Shown here piece after piece: positions 12,131 through 25,140 of a stretch of 64,000 nucleotides of DNA. Under the pieces are notes generated by a model. It was not told the origin of the DNA. It saw nothing but the letters and a program-made list of their open reading frames with translations, and made no database searches. The stretch is from Styela clava. Its lineage: Eukaryota. The position numbers were made by a program, and so were the translations under genes. How positions within the stretch are numbered: the first letter of the stretch is position 1; every line of letters starts with the position of its first letter. The DNA lies in the NCBI RefSeq assembly GCF_964204865.1, contig NC_135263.1, positions 19,468,001 through 19,532,000 of the forward strand, given 5' to 3'.

Positions 12131-13232
12131 TGTCTCAAACAGCTTTACAGCAGGTGACGACCCGGGACTTATTGGACACGTAGTGGACATAACGATCGTT
12201 TCAATATTATGTTGTTCCTGTTGTTTGACACAGAATAACACACCTAGTGGAAATATTAAAAAACCGCTTTTCTCTTCGAATACTGGACCAATTGCTTTGA
12301 AATTTTCAGTGGTTGAAGATAGAATTTTTCCCCAGAAGGCCATTACTTTTATTCATTTTAAATATTTCTGTTAGCTCTGTGAGATTCGTTTTCGTTTGCT
12401 ATGACGTCATTAAACGTTCAGCGGACATCGGACGCCATTTTGTGTCCTACTGTACTGCTTCGCTTGGTGTGAATATATTTGTAGACTGTGATCTGACGGT
12501 ACGGTAAACCGTACTGTACTGCGAACAGACGTGTCCTTATATTTGGGCGTAGCTCTCTTGTCTTGGTGATTGTGAACTATATTTAGTAATGATATCGAAC
12601 CAAATATTGAATAATAACTCACAACTACTGTAGGATATGAGAATGACAAGCGTTACGTCACCGAAAAATACTGCCATGTACCCGCTTGTCCCCATTTTCA
12701 ACATACTGTATTTTTTTTTTGTCATACAATTTTGTGGCAATTGCAGTGATACACAAACTCGTACGTATTTTTCAGCACTATCTTTCTTCAGATATCAGTG
12801 GCTGTTTATACCTGGGTCTTGTTCGAAACGATACGCGCAAGTAAGCGTCGTATTAAAAATGAAATTTCGCCCCTCCAAAAAAAGATTTTAGGCCGGCTAC
12901 GTCGAATTGTCCCCGCGAATAATTGAACCCATGATTGAACGTTTTCACAATTGTACATTTGCACCCATGTACATTTTATCTCATGTGTGTGGGTGCCAAA
13001 ATTCACGGGTGCAAATGTGCGGGGGTTTAGTTCAAATGTCCGTAGTTGCGAAAGTACGCTTGTGCACTGGTCAATAGAAGGAAAATTCCGTGGGTGCAAT
13101 CTGTATGTGGGTGCTAAAATCTTCCAAGAATTTTTTATTTAGTTCCAGTAATCAAAAATTAGTCCCAGAAGCAGTAACTGACTAAGATAAAATTAGGCAC
13201 TTTTAAATGACATTAACATCCAAACCTATACT

Positions 13233-13908
13233 CAGGGTTGCCATCAATATGAACCCAAAAAAAGGACATCAGGGAAACAAAATGAAAAGATAACAATGAA
13301 CGAAATGTAATAAACAGTGTTTATTTAAGTTTACTCATTCTATCTCTTATGAAGTTCCAGATCTAAACTAAATTTAAAGTATAATTTACTGGTATATTCG
13401 TGTTTTGTCTAAAGCACTGATTCTCGACTAGTTATAAAGTCGAAATTAACACGTGCTGAAATGCTTGGAGACAAGACAGTCGCTCAGAACGTCAAAAAAC
13501 TAAATCAGCAGGCTACTGCTACACTTATCATATCTATCAGATTCTGAATAATTCTACTAGTCAACTGTAAACCTCTTATTCACTACTGTATTTTGACTCA
13601 AGTTACACGAAGCACGAACAGATCTTTGCCGGTTGATTATTGTTTTTGTCATTGTGGAAATTAAGATTAATTTGCTGTTACTACGTCATAAATGCGCGTA
13701 GCATTCATTGAGTTTCCAATATTATTTCTAGCAAATCATTCCTTCTAATTAACCAATCCAAGTGCCCGGTATACAAAACTCTACCCCAAAAATAAGGACA
13801 CGTGTCAAAATATAGAGGTTGCTTAGAAATAAGGACAAAAATATTTTCCAAGACAAAACCTTCAAAATAAGGACTAATCTTGGAAATAAGGACGTTGTGG
13901 CAACCCTG
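13233..13908. mobile_element. hAT MITE (CAGGGTTGCCA termini)
   Basis: TIR CAGGGTTGCCA / TGGCAACCCTG; perfect TSD CCTATACT; subterminal AAATAAGGAC repeats. Confidence 0.88.
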
Positions 13909-14280
13909 CCTATACTGGAGCGGAGTTGTAAGATATCTTGTCTTAGGACAGAAGCATTTCAACTCTAGTAACCCGAAGCTGCTTTGTCTGTAATGGAATT
14001 AGCACTTGAACCTTGCTAATGATTTTCGTATACTCTCACGATTTTATCGAGACCTACAAATTCTTGCGTATTGTAGTGTGTTCTACGATCCAGGAAGATT
14101 TTGTTGCGCCTATATGCTAACCCCTGCTGTATGTATACAAAACGAAATTACTCCCTCAAAAGCAACAATTTAGTAAAAACGACCCATAGGCCCATTTCGC
14201 GTCAAAACTCATTTGGCATAAAGAACCAGTTTGATCGTTTGCCAAATAGCATGAATCAGGCATGGCGCCTGGTTCTACGG

Positions 14281-14780
14281 CAGTGTTCTTCAACCTTTTT
14301 TTTCTTGGTATACCTTTTACAATTTTTCCAGAACTTTGTATACCTTACAAACACCAATGTTTATTTAAGGCCTAAATTAACAATAAATTTTGAGCACATA
14401 TTATACTGCAATATCATCATGCAATCTAATATAGGCTAGCGTCCGCAAGTTATAAATTTGACTGAAGGCCTTAGTGTCAACGGGAATGATGTTCAACGTT
14501 AAACAAACGAAGTGCATGGCAGCCGAAATCCCCAACCAGGACACGTGACCGCATTATCTATATAATTTGTGATGTAACAATGTACTCATGTCGATTCTTT
14601 GCGTAAATGACACTTTATATTTCTTGTGCGCCGCGTTTGCATTGTTGTCTCCGCTTGAATATTTTATAATTTATTATATTATAGTTTAGAATCCCTGACT
14701 TAGGCTGTATACCCTTTATCATTTGTATACCCAACTTATGGTCCGGTATACACTTGGCTATACCCGATTGAAGAGCATTG
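14281..14780. mobile_element. hAT Buster/Charlie-like MITE
   Basis: TIR CAGTGTTCTTCAA / TTGAAGAGCATTG; perfect TSD TTCTACGG. Confidence 0.85.
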
Positions 14781-14915
14781 TTCTACGGTATAAAGTGGGA
14801 TCGAGGGCACAATTTCAAAATATATAATCAACAGCCCTCAGTCCTTTAAAATGCATCACACGCAAGAGATACTGTACAGTTTTACACGACACCTTTCATT
14901 AAAGTTTCATTCTCA

Positions 14916-15110
14916 GGATTTTTAATATTTATTCCGAGGGAGGGGAGTGAGGATAACCGATAGGGCAGCTTAATCATATGACCTACCAGGGCCTCTCGTT
15001 TGGTTATCAATTCATGTCGGGTATGGAATAAGGTAGTCTCTTATTTGTTTCAGATGCGTAAACCTGGTGGTGGAGGGATCCGTAACCGACCACCGGTTAC
15101 GTGAACCACT
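14916..15110 (-). mobile_element. SINE, degraded copy
   Basis: Body similar to the other copies (GGTGGAGG..CCGTAACCGACCA..GGTTACGTGAACCAC). Confidence 0.6.
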
Positions 15111-15304
15111 CTCGTTTGGCAACGATTTATTTAAAAACATAAACAGTAGTATATGTTGTATTAAGAACGAAATACAAGGTCAATTTAGCTGTAAAATGCA
15201 ATTAGTATTGTACTTTTTGTCAAAGGAAAGCTGACAATTGTCAGAAGTCCATAAACTCTGATATTGTCAGGCCCCCTTTCGAGAAGCTAACTTAATGCTA
15301 TAGC

Positions 15305-15864
15305 CCGGGTTGTCATAAGATCCTTTTTTCTAAGATTCGCCCTTATTGTTAAGGTCTTTGTCTTAGAAAATATTTTAGTCCTCATTTCTAAAAACTGTCC
15401 TTATTTTGATATGTATCCTTATTTTTTGTTTTATTATAATGGTAGAGGTTCTTACACACTTAGATTGGTCAATTCGAATGAATGATTTGCTAGAAATGAT
15501 ATTAGGACCTCACTGATTCATACGCATTTTCACGACGTGATAACAGCAAGTTAATTGCCAAAATGACGAAACAATAGCCTACCAGCAAAGATGAGTTCGT
15601 GTAACTTGAATCAAAATACAGTAGTGAATTAGAAGCCTTGCAGTTGTCGAGTAAAAATAGTTAAGATCTGATAGATTTGATAAGTGTAGCAGTAGTCTAC
15701 TGATTTAGTTCCTAAGAATAAAGGACTGCAGGAGCAAATCCTTTCTATAGTGCAAAGTATGATTATACACGGGTCGCACAGGCATGAATATATATTTTTT
15801 TTTTATCTTATTATTATGTTTCCCTGGTGTCGGTATTTTTGGGTTCTTATCGATAGCAGCCTTG
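15305..15864. mobile_element. Older inverted copy of the 13233-13908 hAT family
   Basis: Internal GAGTCAAAATACAGTAGTGAAT-like and GATAAGTGTAGCAGTAG segments are reverse complements of 13510-13600; degenerate TSD GCTATAGC/GTTATAGT. Confidence 0.7.
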
Positions 15865-16123
15865 GTTATAGTCCTTTTTGGACTATAATTTTATATTAAA
15901 TAATATATGGCAATTTGTGTTTATTTGAAATTAGAATAGTCGATTAGTCGCACATATGTATGATATTGTGCAGATTAATATCATATTCATAACGCTATAG
16001 TACGACATTATATGTAGGAAAAGTACAAAAATACACATCAAATCTCAAGTGCAAATTGAATAAATAAAAAAGTCATCAATCAGAACGATGGATCTTTGTA
16101 AAACAGCAACCAGAGTGATCACT

Positions 16124-19100
16124 CTATCGCCACGCCTCCACGGCAATGTTTCGGCTGTAGATGTAAAAGAATTGAATTATTATCAAGTACAGGTTCATGA
16201 TCAGTTGTATATTTTGTTGGGAAAACAAATAATCGTCATACCAAGGTACGATCGCAAGTACTTCTATTTGCCCTCATGACACACAGACGTAATTCTTACC
16301 GCTGAACTTTGCGATTCAGCGTTGTACAAAGTTATACGTTGTCCGCAGCAGTTAGTATTTCAGGAAAATCAAAAACCACGGGCGATTCACGCCGAAAGTA
16401 ATTTAACATTGTTGCTATTGCGCTTTTTAGTATCCATCTTGTGGGAGAGGTTTTGATTGAGAATTGTAATGCCCTAGATCAGGGCTACTCAACTGGCGGA
16501 CCGCGGTCCGAATCCGGACCTTTCGAGTATTGGATTTGGACCGCACCTAATTATTTATTTTGGATCATTAGCCCCACTTTTTGAATTTCCTATTGTAAAA
16601 TGACTTTCATAGTTTTGAATATATACGAAAAGAACTATAACACCATAATGAACAATTTTAATTTGCTACTAATCATTAGTCGGTCGAGGAAGTGCTCGTT
16701 TAAGGATGCCGAAAAATCATTTCTGGAAAGACCGGACCCAAATAATTTTGAAGTTTTGTTTGCGGACCTTCGATAAAAATAGTTGAGTAGCCCTGTCTTA
16801 GATAATGCATTCAAATATTGAATTTTATTCAGCAAATCTGCTAAAAGTTTGTATTTTTAGCACAGCTTATCCAGGGTTAAAGTATTTATTTTTGTGAACT
16901 ATAATACCTCTTCGACCAAATCAAAATAATTCTTGATCGTTATCAAGAGGCAAGTATAAAGTTCAATTCTCTAAAAATTGTCAATACTGTTACAAAATAA
17001 ATTTCTATTCGGACAAAATCAGTCCAAGTTGCAAACGACCGGAGTTAACGTAATCGCAGATTGAATGTTTTCTCACCTGTATTGTGGAAAAGTATCTCTG
17101 TATCTGCTGCTGCTCAAAAACACAAAATAAATGTTGTTAGAAAATGGGTCAAAAAGTGAAAGAATTCCACCGATCCGTTATAACTTGCTTGTTAAGTGTT
17201 TATCCATAACATAATATAGAGTGTGTAATTGATACACAAATTGGATGCCAAACTCTTCGTTTGACCTTCATTTTCAGAAATTGCTTATTGTTCTAACCCA
17301 GTGGTGGGGGAGAATTTTAGACCAGGGGTCAAAAATTTCGCCCACCTAGACTGACGGGCCATGTAAGTGTGACGTAAAAAGTTTCATTCCATGAACAATA
17401 TTTACAGTGTTACAAAAGCAAATATGGAAAACAAAAAGCCTCGGCCCAAAACTAAATTTAATCGCAATCTCGACAAATTCCGTGAGCTATTTTTTAGCTA
17501 AAGTTTTAGTTTGTTGGTGATCAAAGTGACTCTTTGGTTGTGATAGGATCAGACGCGCCAGATTAAAATACCCAACAGGCCGGATTTTCACAATAGAGCG
17601 TCCGCATATGTAAAAACGCCTGACAACAACGAACCGACGACTGATAAAAATTTATTATCAATAAACTATAGAAAAAGTAAAACTTACTATACGTTAGCGG
17701 GAATCGGTCTTTGTGCATACTGATCCAGTTTAGGCTCTTGAACTAGAGTGTACTGAAATTTAAAAAAATTATAATAATATAGCACAAACAGAATAATGAG
17801 CAGGAGTACCATGGTTAGAAAGTCATTATGCTTACAATTTATATAACAATTCGTCGTACACAGACTTTCTGAGATGATGAAATACGGCTGGCCTTATTTG
17901 ATATTTTTCTCATAATTCAATTAGGTAGCAATCTCTTTACTGGAATGAAATAAATGGAAATCATAGTTGATAAACAAAGTTAACAACTACTTAAGTTGCC
18001 ATAAAATCATTGTTTGAAATTTTTGGACCTCCAGAAGTATGTGCACCAAGATGGCGCACAACCTGAACATAGTATGTGTACCGGGTTGAGGTTCAGGTTG
18101 TGCGCCATCTTGGTGTAGATGCTTCGGGAGCGACTCTTTTTTATAATTATATTATTTTATTCTCCTCGCAAAACTAAATATTCCAAAAATGTATATTTAT
18201 GACATTTTCTATTTTGTCATCGACTAATAATATACGGAAATATAAAAGTAAAAAAAGAGCATTGGTGAGACTAATAACCGTTCGTATGACAACAGAAAAT
18301 GGGAAGATATTAAGATTTGTAACCACTGATCTATCATGATATAACACAGAATCACCAGAAAAGCAGTGTTCAAAGCGATTCAGTTCAACAAAGTGGCAAA
18401 AATAGGTCGCAATGTGTTGTTTGTAGCAAGATTTTGGCCCGTGAAACCATGTTATTTAATTAGCCCAAACGGCATTGAGTAACATCGCATCCGCAGTTGC
18501 AGCAAAAATCTTTTTTACACGAGAGTTGAACGATCCTAGTTTCATGTAGCTATCAATATACTTGCGAATTTTCTTTCTAGACTCTTCTTGTTCAGTATCA
18601 ATTACGCTTGTACATTTCGGCAGTTCGATTTTATTTTTGTTCTACAGGTACAATTCCGCAAAAGAAAAAAGTTTCGCGACGCCCTAGCAAAATTGAAACG
18701 ACACACTTGGGCGTCGTGACGCCCACTTTGAGAACCCCGGGGTTAGGGTATGCTCTTTTATAACAAACCTTATTTAATTAAAAAGTATTTCAAACACCCA
18801 ACTGTTCTTATCACAAATACTATTATAATGTTTACAAACAGTTTATCTTTGAATGAAATATAATTAATTCTCTAATCATGCGCTAAAATACAATTTTAGT
18901 TCACCTTCCATGACTGTGTTACTTGTGGCTTCAAATATCTGACGGCATATCCACTGAATCGAAAATCTATAAATATTAAAAACGTTTAAGTTAATTAAAC
19001 GCGAATAATATGTGATAATTGAATATTACGCATTTCTGCCATGCTTGCTTGAAACACACGAATAAGAAATAGGAATTTTACAGGTTCGGCAAACTCCTAT

Positions 19101-21505
19101 TTGTATCACCTAAAAGTCTTCTTCATTCGATAAAAAAATTGTATTTTATATAAGTGAATTTTACAAAAAAAAGTTTTTCTCAAAGTAAGATCACGCACAG
19201 ACTCGGTAAGGGAGACTTATCCATAAACAATATTTCGGGAAACCACTGAGAATACATAATTAATGGTTGTGCATTACGCGCAAGCAAATGCCGATTGACA
19301 CAAGACTAACGCAATTCAAGTCATACAATCAGAATTGTTCCAATTTAACCTTGTCAATAACCTTGTAATCAAATTGTCAGTACTTTAAACGCGATATATG
19401 CTCAATCACGGTCACCTCCAGAATTTTTAAAAATGGGTGTTTAAGTCCGAAGAAGTTTACGAAATTCGCCAAAACTACTGTTCTGTCCCATTCATTGAAT
19501 TGTGTTTTATAGGATACTTTTAGTCTCGCCACTACCACAAGTTTCTTTACCGTCTCCTATGAATATGAATATTTCTTCTTCTTTTTAACTACGTGACCAA
19601 GTATAATATAATTTATATAAAATATCGTACATTTCGGATCATACTCCGGCAGTCTGAATTCTCCGGCAGATGATATAAATCTTGACCAATCTTTTTTTGA
19701 AGAACTGAACAAAGTAAAACGAATTTGCGCATAAAATTAAATCAAATTTTGATCGTCATCACCAACAGTAATCCTTCGTATTCAAGCCTTTAAATAAAAT
19801 TTCCTATGTTTGGCTCGTATTCGGAAATCCAACATGATTTTTCAAACCTTTGGAAAAGCATTGTTTCTCAACACGTTGGTAAATCACGTGTCCAGAAAAT
19901 TCGCGCGTCACTACATACCCTCTAGCTGAGTCTGGTCAGTGGCGAATCTGGGGTATGGCAGCCATGGCTCATGCTATGGGCGCCGTTTGGATAGGGGCGC
20001 AAAATGGCGAAATGTTTCAATCGTGAAATGTCTCAATTAATTTCTCAATAAATCCCAATTCAACAACATTAGCTAAAAATTGTCAGTCAATGATCAAGGG
20101 GGCGCATTTTTAAACTTTGGCCATGGGCGCCATGTTTATACGTAGATACGCCACTGGCTCTAGGTATTGTCTACATATAGTTATAGTATATACCTATCAT
20201 ATATCACACCCATATTGATATTTAGCTCATAATGCAAAATGAATATAACCCTTTTACCTGAGCATGAATTGGTTCTTCTCGGGAGATGTATGCGTGACAC
20301 CAGACGGGTAATCTGGGATAACTTTTTGCAGTGATCGCCCGGTTTCTGTGATTCTCTGTAACGAAAAATCAGACAAATTGAATGACTTTTAATTCAAAAC
20401 ACTGTTATTCAGTAACCAATAACTACAGCATGGTGAAAATAATAATAATATATTCAAAATGACAATGACTCATGAACAAATTCGAGTTATTTATTTTTTA
20501 TCGAACACGTCGTGGAAAGTAACGTTAATTTGTGTTTTCTTCAATTAAAAAGATAAATTATTTTGAACAAGGAAAATGTCTTCTAAAATACGTACCGTTC
20601 CAGAAAGAGGCTTGTTAGAGTTCTGAAAATAGCTGGTGTTTGAATCGCTGAAATTTCCTGTAGAAAAACGGTTACCCAATTTTCTAAGTTATACCTATAT
20701 ATATATATATATTTATATAGCTTTTATATGCTTGTGTGTTGTCGCATACATGTTTGAATTGTAAATATATTACATTTTCCATATATAGACACTATACACG
20801 TAACACATTGTTTATGGTTGATGAAGTACTGAAACATGTTCGCTTGTAACAACAATAGCTCAGTGTCAAATATCCTGATAGTTTACATATACATAGTCCA
20901 ATTAGCTCATGTTGAAATACCTATATGTTTTAAAATACCGCTCGGCCTTTGTTCGTATTTGCTGATACAAAAACAACTGTGGCCTTTTAATACAAAGTCG
21001 AGTTTTATTTATTTGTATCATAGATTGGTTGTAAAGTAAGACTCGAAAATTGCAAAATAGACTACTCACTGGGCCCACACGAAGTTGTCGTTCTACAATG
21101 CTCGTCAGATAATTTGTGTGTAGCCGTATCCATGTCCATGCGACGCAAACTTGGTAGTCTTGGGTGATATATCCCCTCCTGAGTCAAAGAAATTGGGTTG
21201 GATTGTTCAATAAAGAACCATACACATGTTGCAACAAGCAGAGAAGTTATCTGAAACGCCTTTGAATGAATGCAAAGTTGTGCCTCATTGCGTAGATTTA
21301 ACCTGTTGTATTTTACATATTTCAGGCAGCGAGAAAAGAATTTTTGACTGACGCTTAATCTAATGAACTGATACTGTTACATATAAATATGCAGAAAATT
21401 AGTTACCTTTACAGCAGCCAACATAACTCTTCTGAATGGCGGGTAGTTATAGTCTGTGTGATACTGGAGGTGCGCATTTGGATGATCTTGCGTCGACGAA
21501 TCCAT
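16124..21505 (-). CDS. TEPP: TEPP / sperm microtubule inner protein 8 homologue (210 aa, 9 exons)
   Basis: Exons 21505-21407, 21178-21070, 20657-20596, 20355-20258, 19704-19631, 18966-18905, 17752-17688, 17109-17077, 16154-16124. All GT-AG with consistent phases, 633 nt in total. Translation contains LAAVK-EGIYHPRLPSLRRMDMDT..LSDEHCRTTT, DWSRFISSAGEFRLP and SGYAVRYLKPQVTQSWKY..QEPKLDQYAQRP, matching TEPP/SPMIP8 motifs as I recall them. Confidence 0.9.
16480..16795. mobile_element. hAT Buster/Charlie-like MITE in a TEPP intron
   Basis: Perfect TIR CAGGGCTACTCAACT / AGTTGAGTAGCCCTG; TSD CCCTAGAT/TCTTAGAT. Confidence 0.85.
18025..18134. mobile_element. 110-bp Merlin-like MITE
   Basis: Nearly palindromic; matches 45901-46010. 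Confidence 0.8.
19937..20156. mobile_element. hAT-like MITE
   Basis: TIR CAGTGGCGAATCT / AGATACGCCACTG; internal CCATGGGCGCC motifs; TSD weak. Confidence 0.7.
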
Positions 21506-21712
21506 TTCAAGTTCTTATTTAGATTAATTTCAGATACCCACTGGCTGCGTTTTCCTTACCAGTAGCCAGAAAAAATCCGCTACCTTTTTCACATCAGCTC
21601 GGAAAAGCAATAGCGCTTCAATGTGTATTTGCGTAAGCCGTAAGGGCACTAGCTGAAGTGTCTATTGTTTTATTGTATTATTATGAAATAAAGGGTCATT
21701 TCATGTCTGATC

Positions 21713-21726
21713 GTTGCCAAGGATAC
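21713..21726. promoter_or_regulatory. Candidate RFX X-box upstream of TEPP
   Basis: GTTGCCAAGGATAC, about 210 bp upstream of the TEPP ATG; fits the imperfect RFX palindrome typical of ciliary genes. Confidence 0.55.
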
Positions 21727-22204
21727 AGTCGAGGATCGTGTTTGCGAGCGCTCTGGCGCGTGTCGTGCGGCTTTACAATGTTTGCCTGCCATTCAAGAAG
21801 GCGGTGCTAGTGTCATCGTATTTACAGATTAGACTGAGGTCTTGGTCTTGAAACACCAAGGCATGGCCTCCCCTAGCCGTTACAACGCAAATGTTTCATA
21901 TTATATTATGACGTTTTATAACATTTACAACGCCACTAGTGCATTTCCCCCAGAACTGAACGAGTTGAGAATACAATGAAGTTACACAATTTTACCTTCT
22001 ATAACATTCGACTCTGGCAGATATTGCCGGTAAAATAAGCACCTTCACAGAATAGGTTATCATAATACTGGCGTTTTTTGCATTATTTCAGTTTTCATGT
22101 CCCAGTCACCATCATAAACGTCCGCTCGACCTTTTCTACGGAGATTCATCTTCTCATTGGGTGATCGAATTATAGAAAACGAAACGGAGGCAGTCCATTG
22201 CTTT

Positions 22205-22207
<3 letters not shown>

Positions 22208-22252
<45 letters not shown>
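22208..22252. repeat. (TA)n microsatellite
   Basis: Direct reading. Confidence 0.95.
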
Positions 22253-22254
<2 letters not shown>

Positions 22255-22555
22255 GTACATGTATTAGGTTTGTGTCAGGTGCATACACTTATGGGGTTTT
22301 TAACTACAGCGAATGCACTGTTTGCCCAAATCATTGACTGTGCAGAATAGGGTTGCCAATTATGAAAATTCTCAATAAAGGACATAGATTACCATCATCA
22401 TTTATTTTGTAACTCGCAGGAAAGAACAATATATAACAATGAAATACAAATTATATACAAGCTAAAAAGATATATTAAAAAATCTTCATTTGTTTTTCAT
22501 TTAATGTTTATTTAACATTGACCCAATCAAGCTGCATTCTGTGAACAGTTTAGTG

Positions 22556-23535
22556 CAGGGGTCACCAACGCGTTGCCCGCGGGCACCAAGTCTCTCGTGA
22601 AGACCATATGAGTCGCCCGCAGGTCTGTTCCAAACTAAGCTTAATAACGGCGCTTATGAGTAAGCTACATCAATTAAATTTTGTCCTGCTATTCTTCTAT
22701 AAATCACACTTATATGGGAATCGGGAGTGGCACTATATTAATTATTGTAGCCATCAACCCGATTTTTATTTGACCTCAGTAATGTGACGGGTCAATTAAC
22801 ACTCTTCCAATTATGACATCACACTGATATCACTTACGACGAACCCGTGACTTTTCTTGTCCGTTGGTTTGTGGAACAGCAGGCAGAAAAACGATGAAAA
22901 ACCTACCATTTTCACGATGGATGGTGGTGGATATATTTTTACCACCATGAAAACAGCCTGCGCGTGTCTCATTTGTGGGGCAATTGTAACGACGGCAAAG
23001 CGAAAAGATATTTCACGGCTTGTTACGCAATCTACCGCGCAAACTACACTGGTCAGCGCAGTACGGGCAGAAAAAGCTCGCGATTTAAATCATACAGCAA
23101 TTCTATTTTACGAGACCATTGTTTCGTTCAACCTATCTTTGTGAATCAACATTTTTGACATAAACTCAGGATAGGATGGGATTTACATATTTATCCCGGG
23201 GGAGAAGATAGCCGATAAGGCGGCTTAACCATATGGCGAACCAAGGCCTCTTGTCCGGTTACCATTTCATATCGGATATGGGATTAGTTAGTTATTTGTT
23301 TTCGTAAGCATAGACTTGACGGCGAAGGAAGCCATCCCAACGGCGGCAAGGGTCCAGCAATCCTCTCGCACATAACTATCCTCGCATGGGATTTTAATCT
23401 ACGAACCTAACGCTTAGCACACTGACGATGGCCACACAGTCGCGACTTTTCAGAAGTGTACATTGAATTGGTAGGCCGCGGCTTAATCTGTACCCAGAAA
23501 GTAGCCCTCGGCCTCAAAAAGGTTGGTGACCCCTG
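22556..23535 (+). mobile_element. Buster/Charlie-type hAT deletion derivative with a transposase N-terminal remnant
   Basis: TIR CAGGGGTCACCAAC / GTTGGTGACCCCTG; perfect TSD GTTTAGTG; YIFTT..ACLICGAIV..AKR fragment resembles the SPIN/GTF2IRD2-type zinc finger. Confidence 0.88.
23168..23447 (-). mobile_element. SINE nested in the hAT element
   Basis: Near full length: degraded tRNA-like head near 23385-23447 and (ATCCT)n tail. Confidence 0.75.
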
Positions 23536-25065
23536 GTTTAGTGCTTTGAATCGTGTCAAATTTTTTTTGAATGAGTGCAAATTCATCAAATAGGTCAAAC
23601 ATATTCAAATTAAGTTTGTTTTTTAGCTTCAAACGCTCTACAATTTTTACAAGTGTCTGATATTTTGGAGAAAGATTATCCAAAAGAGATAATTTTCCAA
23701 TTGTTAAATTTTCATCAAAGTCAAATCTTTTTTTCCAAATACGTTATCGCAGAGTTGAGAAATAATCTAAAATCTTAGATACCAATTATACGTAGAATTT
23801 TCAGTTATTGAACTAGAATTCACTCAAATCTTTCAGTGTTGCCACTTGCCATCTTCGTAAAATTAATGTAAAACATTTGAAATTGTTAATAAAATTGGTA
23901 TTTCTTGGCTATTGGCTATTTGTGCCGTACCAAATTAAAAAGAATAATTAAAAGCTTGCAAATACATGAACGGAGGCGATTTAAGAACGAAACAATATCA
24001 AACACAGTACTATAACTATCGGGCAAAACGACGTTGGAAAAAATAAAGGACAATTATCATCTTAAAAAGGACAAGGACAAAAATCTCAAATAAAGGATTG
24101 TCCTTTGAAATAAAGAACGGTTGGCAACCCTAGTGCAGAAGTGCATTCTAATAGATATTGTAAAACAACTTAGAATGAACTTCACATCGGATCATTCACC
24201 ACCGGCTTTTTTATTCACTGATACTTGCCTTTTTATTTGTCGGCTACCTAGCTTTTTAGTCACTGATAACTTTAATTAGGTCTGGCGAGCTGGGTTGAAA
24301 TCACGAGTCCATGGAGCCGGGACACAGTTTGAATACCTGTGTCTGGAGCTAAGGGCAATCGTGATTTCAAACAGGAAATATCTGAATTCCCTCCGACATA
24401 GTATTTCAATCAAGGATTTATATATATATATTATTTCAACCATCGTCAACATATATATAACAAAGAGGGCCCGTGCCCCTTTCATGACCCATCATTAATA
24501 TCGAGATAGAAGTAAGTAATGGGGATTCATGAATAAAAATAAATTTAAAATAGTTTTATTTGGAAAAAATAAAAGCAGGTTATCATGGACCTAACGCCGT
24601 TTATGCCTTGACATACTGCTTCAAATATATATATTTTTTAATATATATATGTTTTTACAAAACACGAAACCCAATTGCCCGACTTAAACCGACAATGCAA
24701 TATCACTTTAAATAGCTGATCACGCCTGCTGATTTGATTTTAAGAATTCGAGCATAGCAAACTAGATTGACTCTATGTAAACTCGAAATACCACAAGTTC
24801 TCAAAAATATTATTAAATCAAAATTATTTTTCCGTTACAACCTATCTGTAGGGCTTAGGCGACTCTAGATTAACACTCTTTAGTTGATGAATTTAAACAG
24901 CCTAGTTCAAAATAATATCTACGCATACATAAATGTAAAGATGAAAAATAAATAAATATTTCAAAGTCAGATGTTTGACGAGGACCTAAGTCGAAACCTC
25001 TCCAGGAAATATGGTTTAGTTAGTAGGTGATTCGCACGAGATAAAGACAAACAATAAAGAAATTA

Positions 25066-25073
25066 TGACGTCA
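25066..25073. promoter_or_regulatory. Perfect CRE upstream of CFAP90
   Basis: TGACGTCA about 70 bp upstream of ATG 25141. Confidence 0.4.
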
Positions 25074-25140
25074 GAATGCAACAAAACTTTTCTAAAAGTT
25101 CTTTCTTTTCATTATAAAAAAAACGACTCGAACCTGCAAT

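Larger units (their letters stand above)
22348..24132. mobile_element. hAT MITE (outer element of a three-level nest)
   Basis: TIR TAGGGTTGCCAA / TTGGCAACCCTA; perfect TSD GTGCAGAA. Confidence 0.9.

Noticed and set aside
18560-18641. Extra minus-strand exon-like segment (NKNKIELPKC...) inside TEPP
   Set aside because: The flanking exons join in frame and match the homologue without it; its phase does not fit
22060-22260. Track ORF with a YIYIYI run and most other 60-120 aa track ORFs
   Set aside because: Microsatellite translation, antisense shadows of real exons, or chance ORFs within repeats
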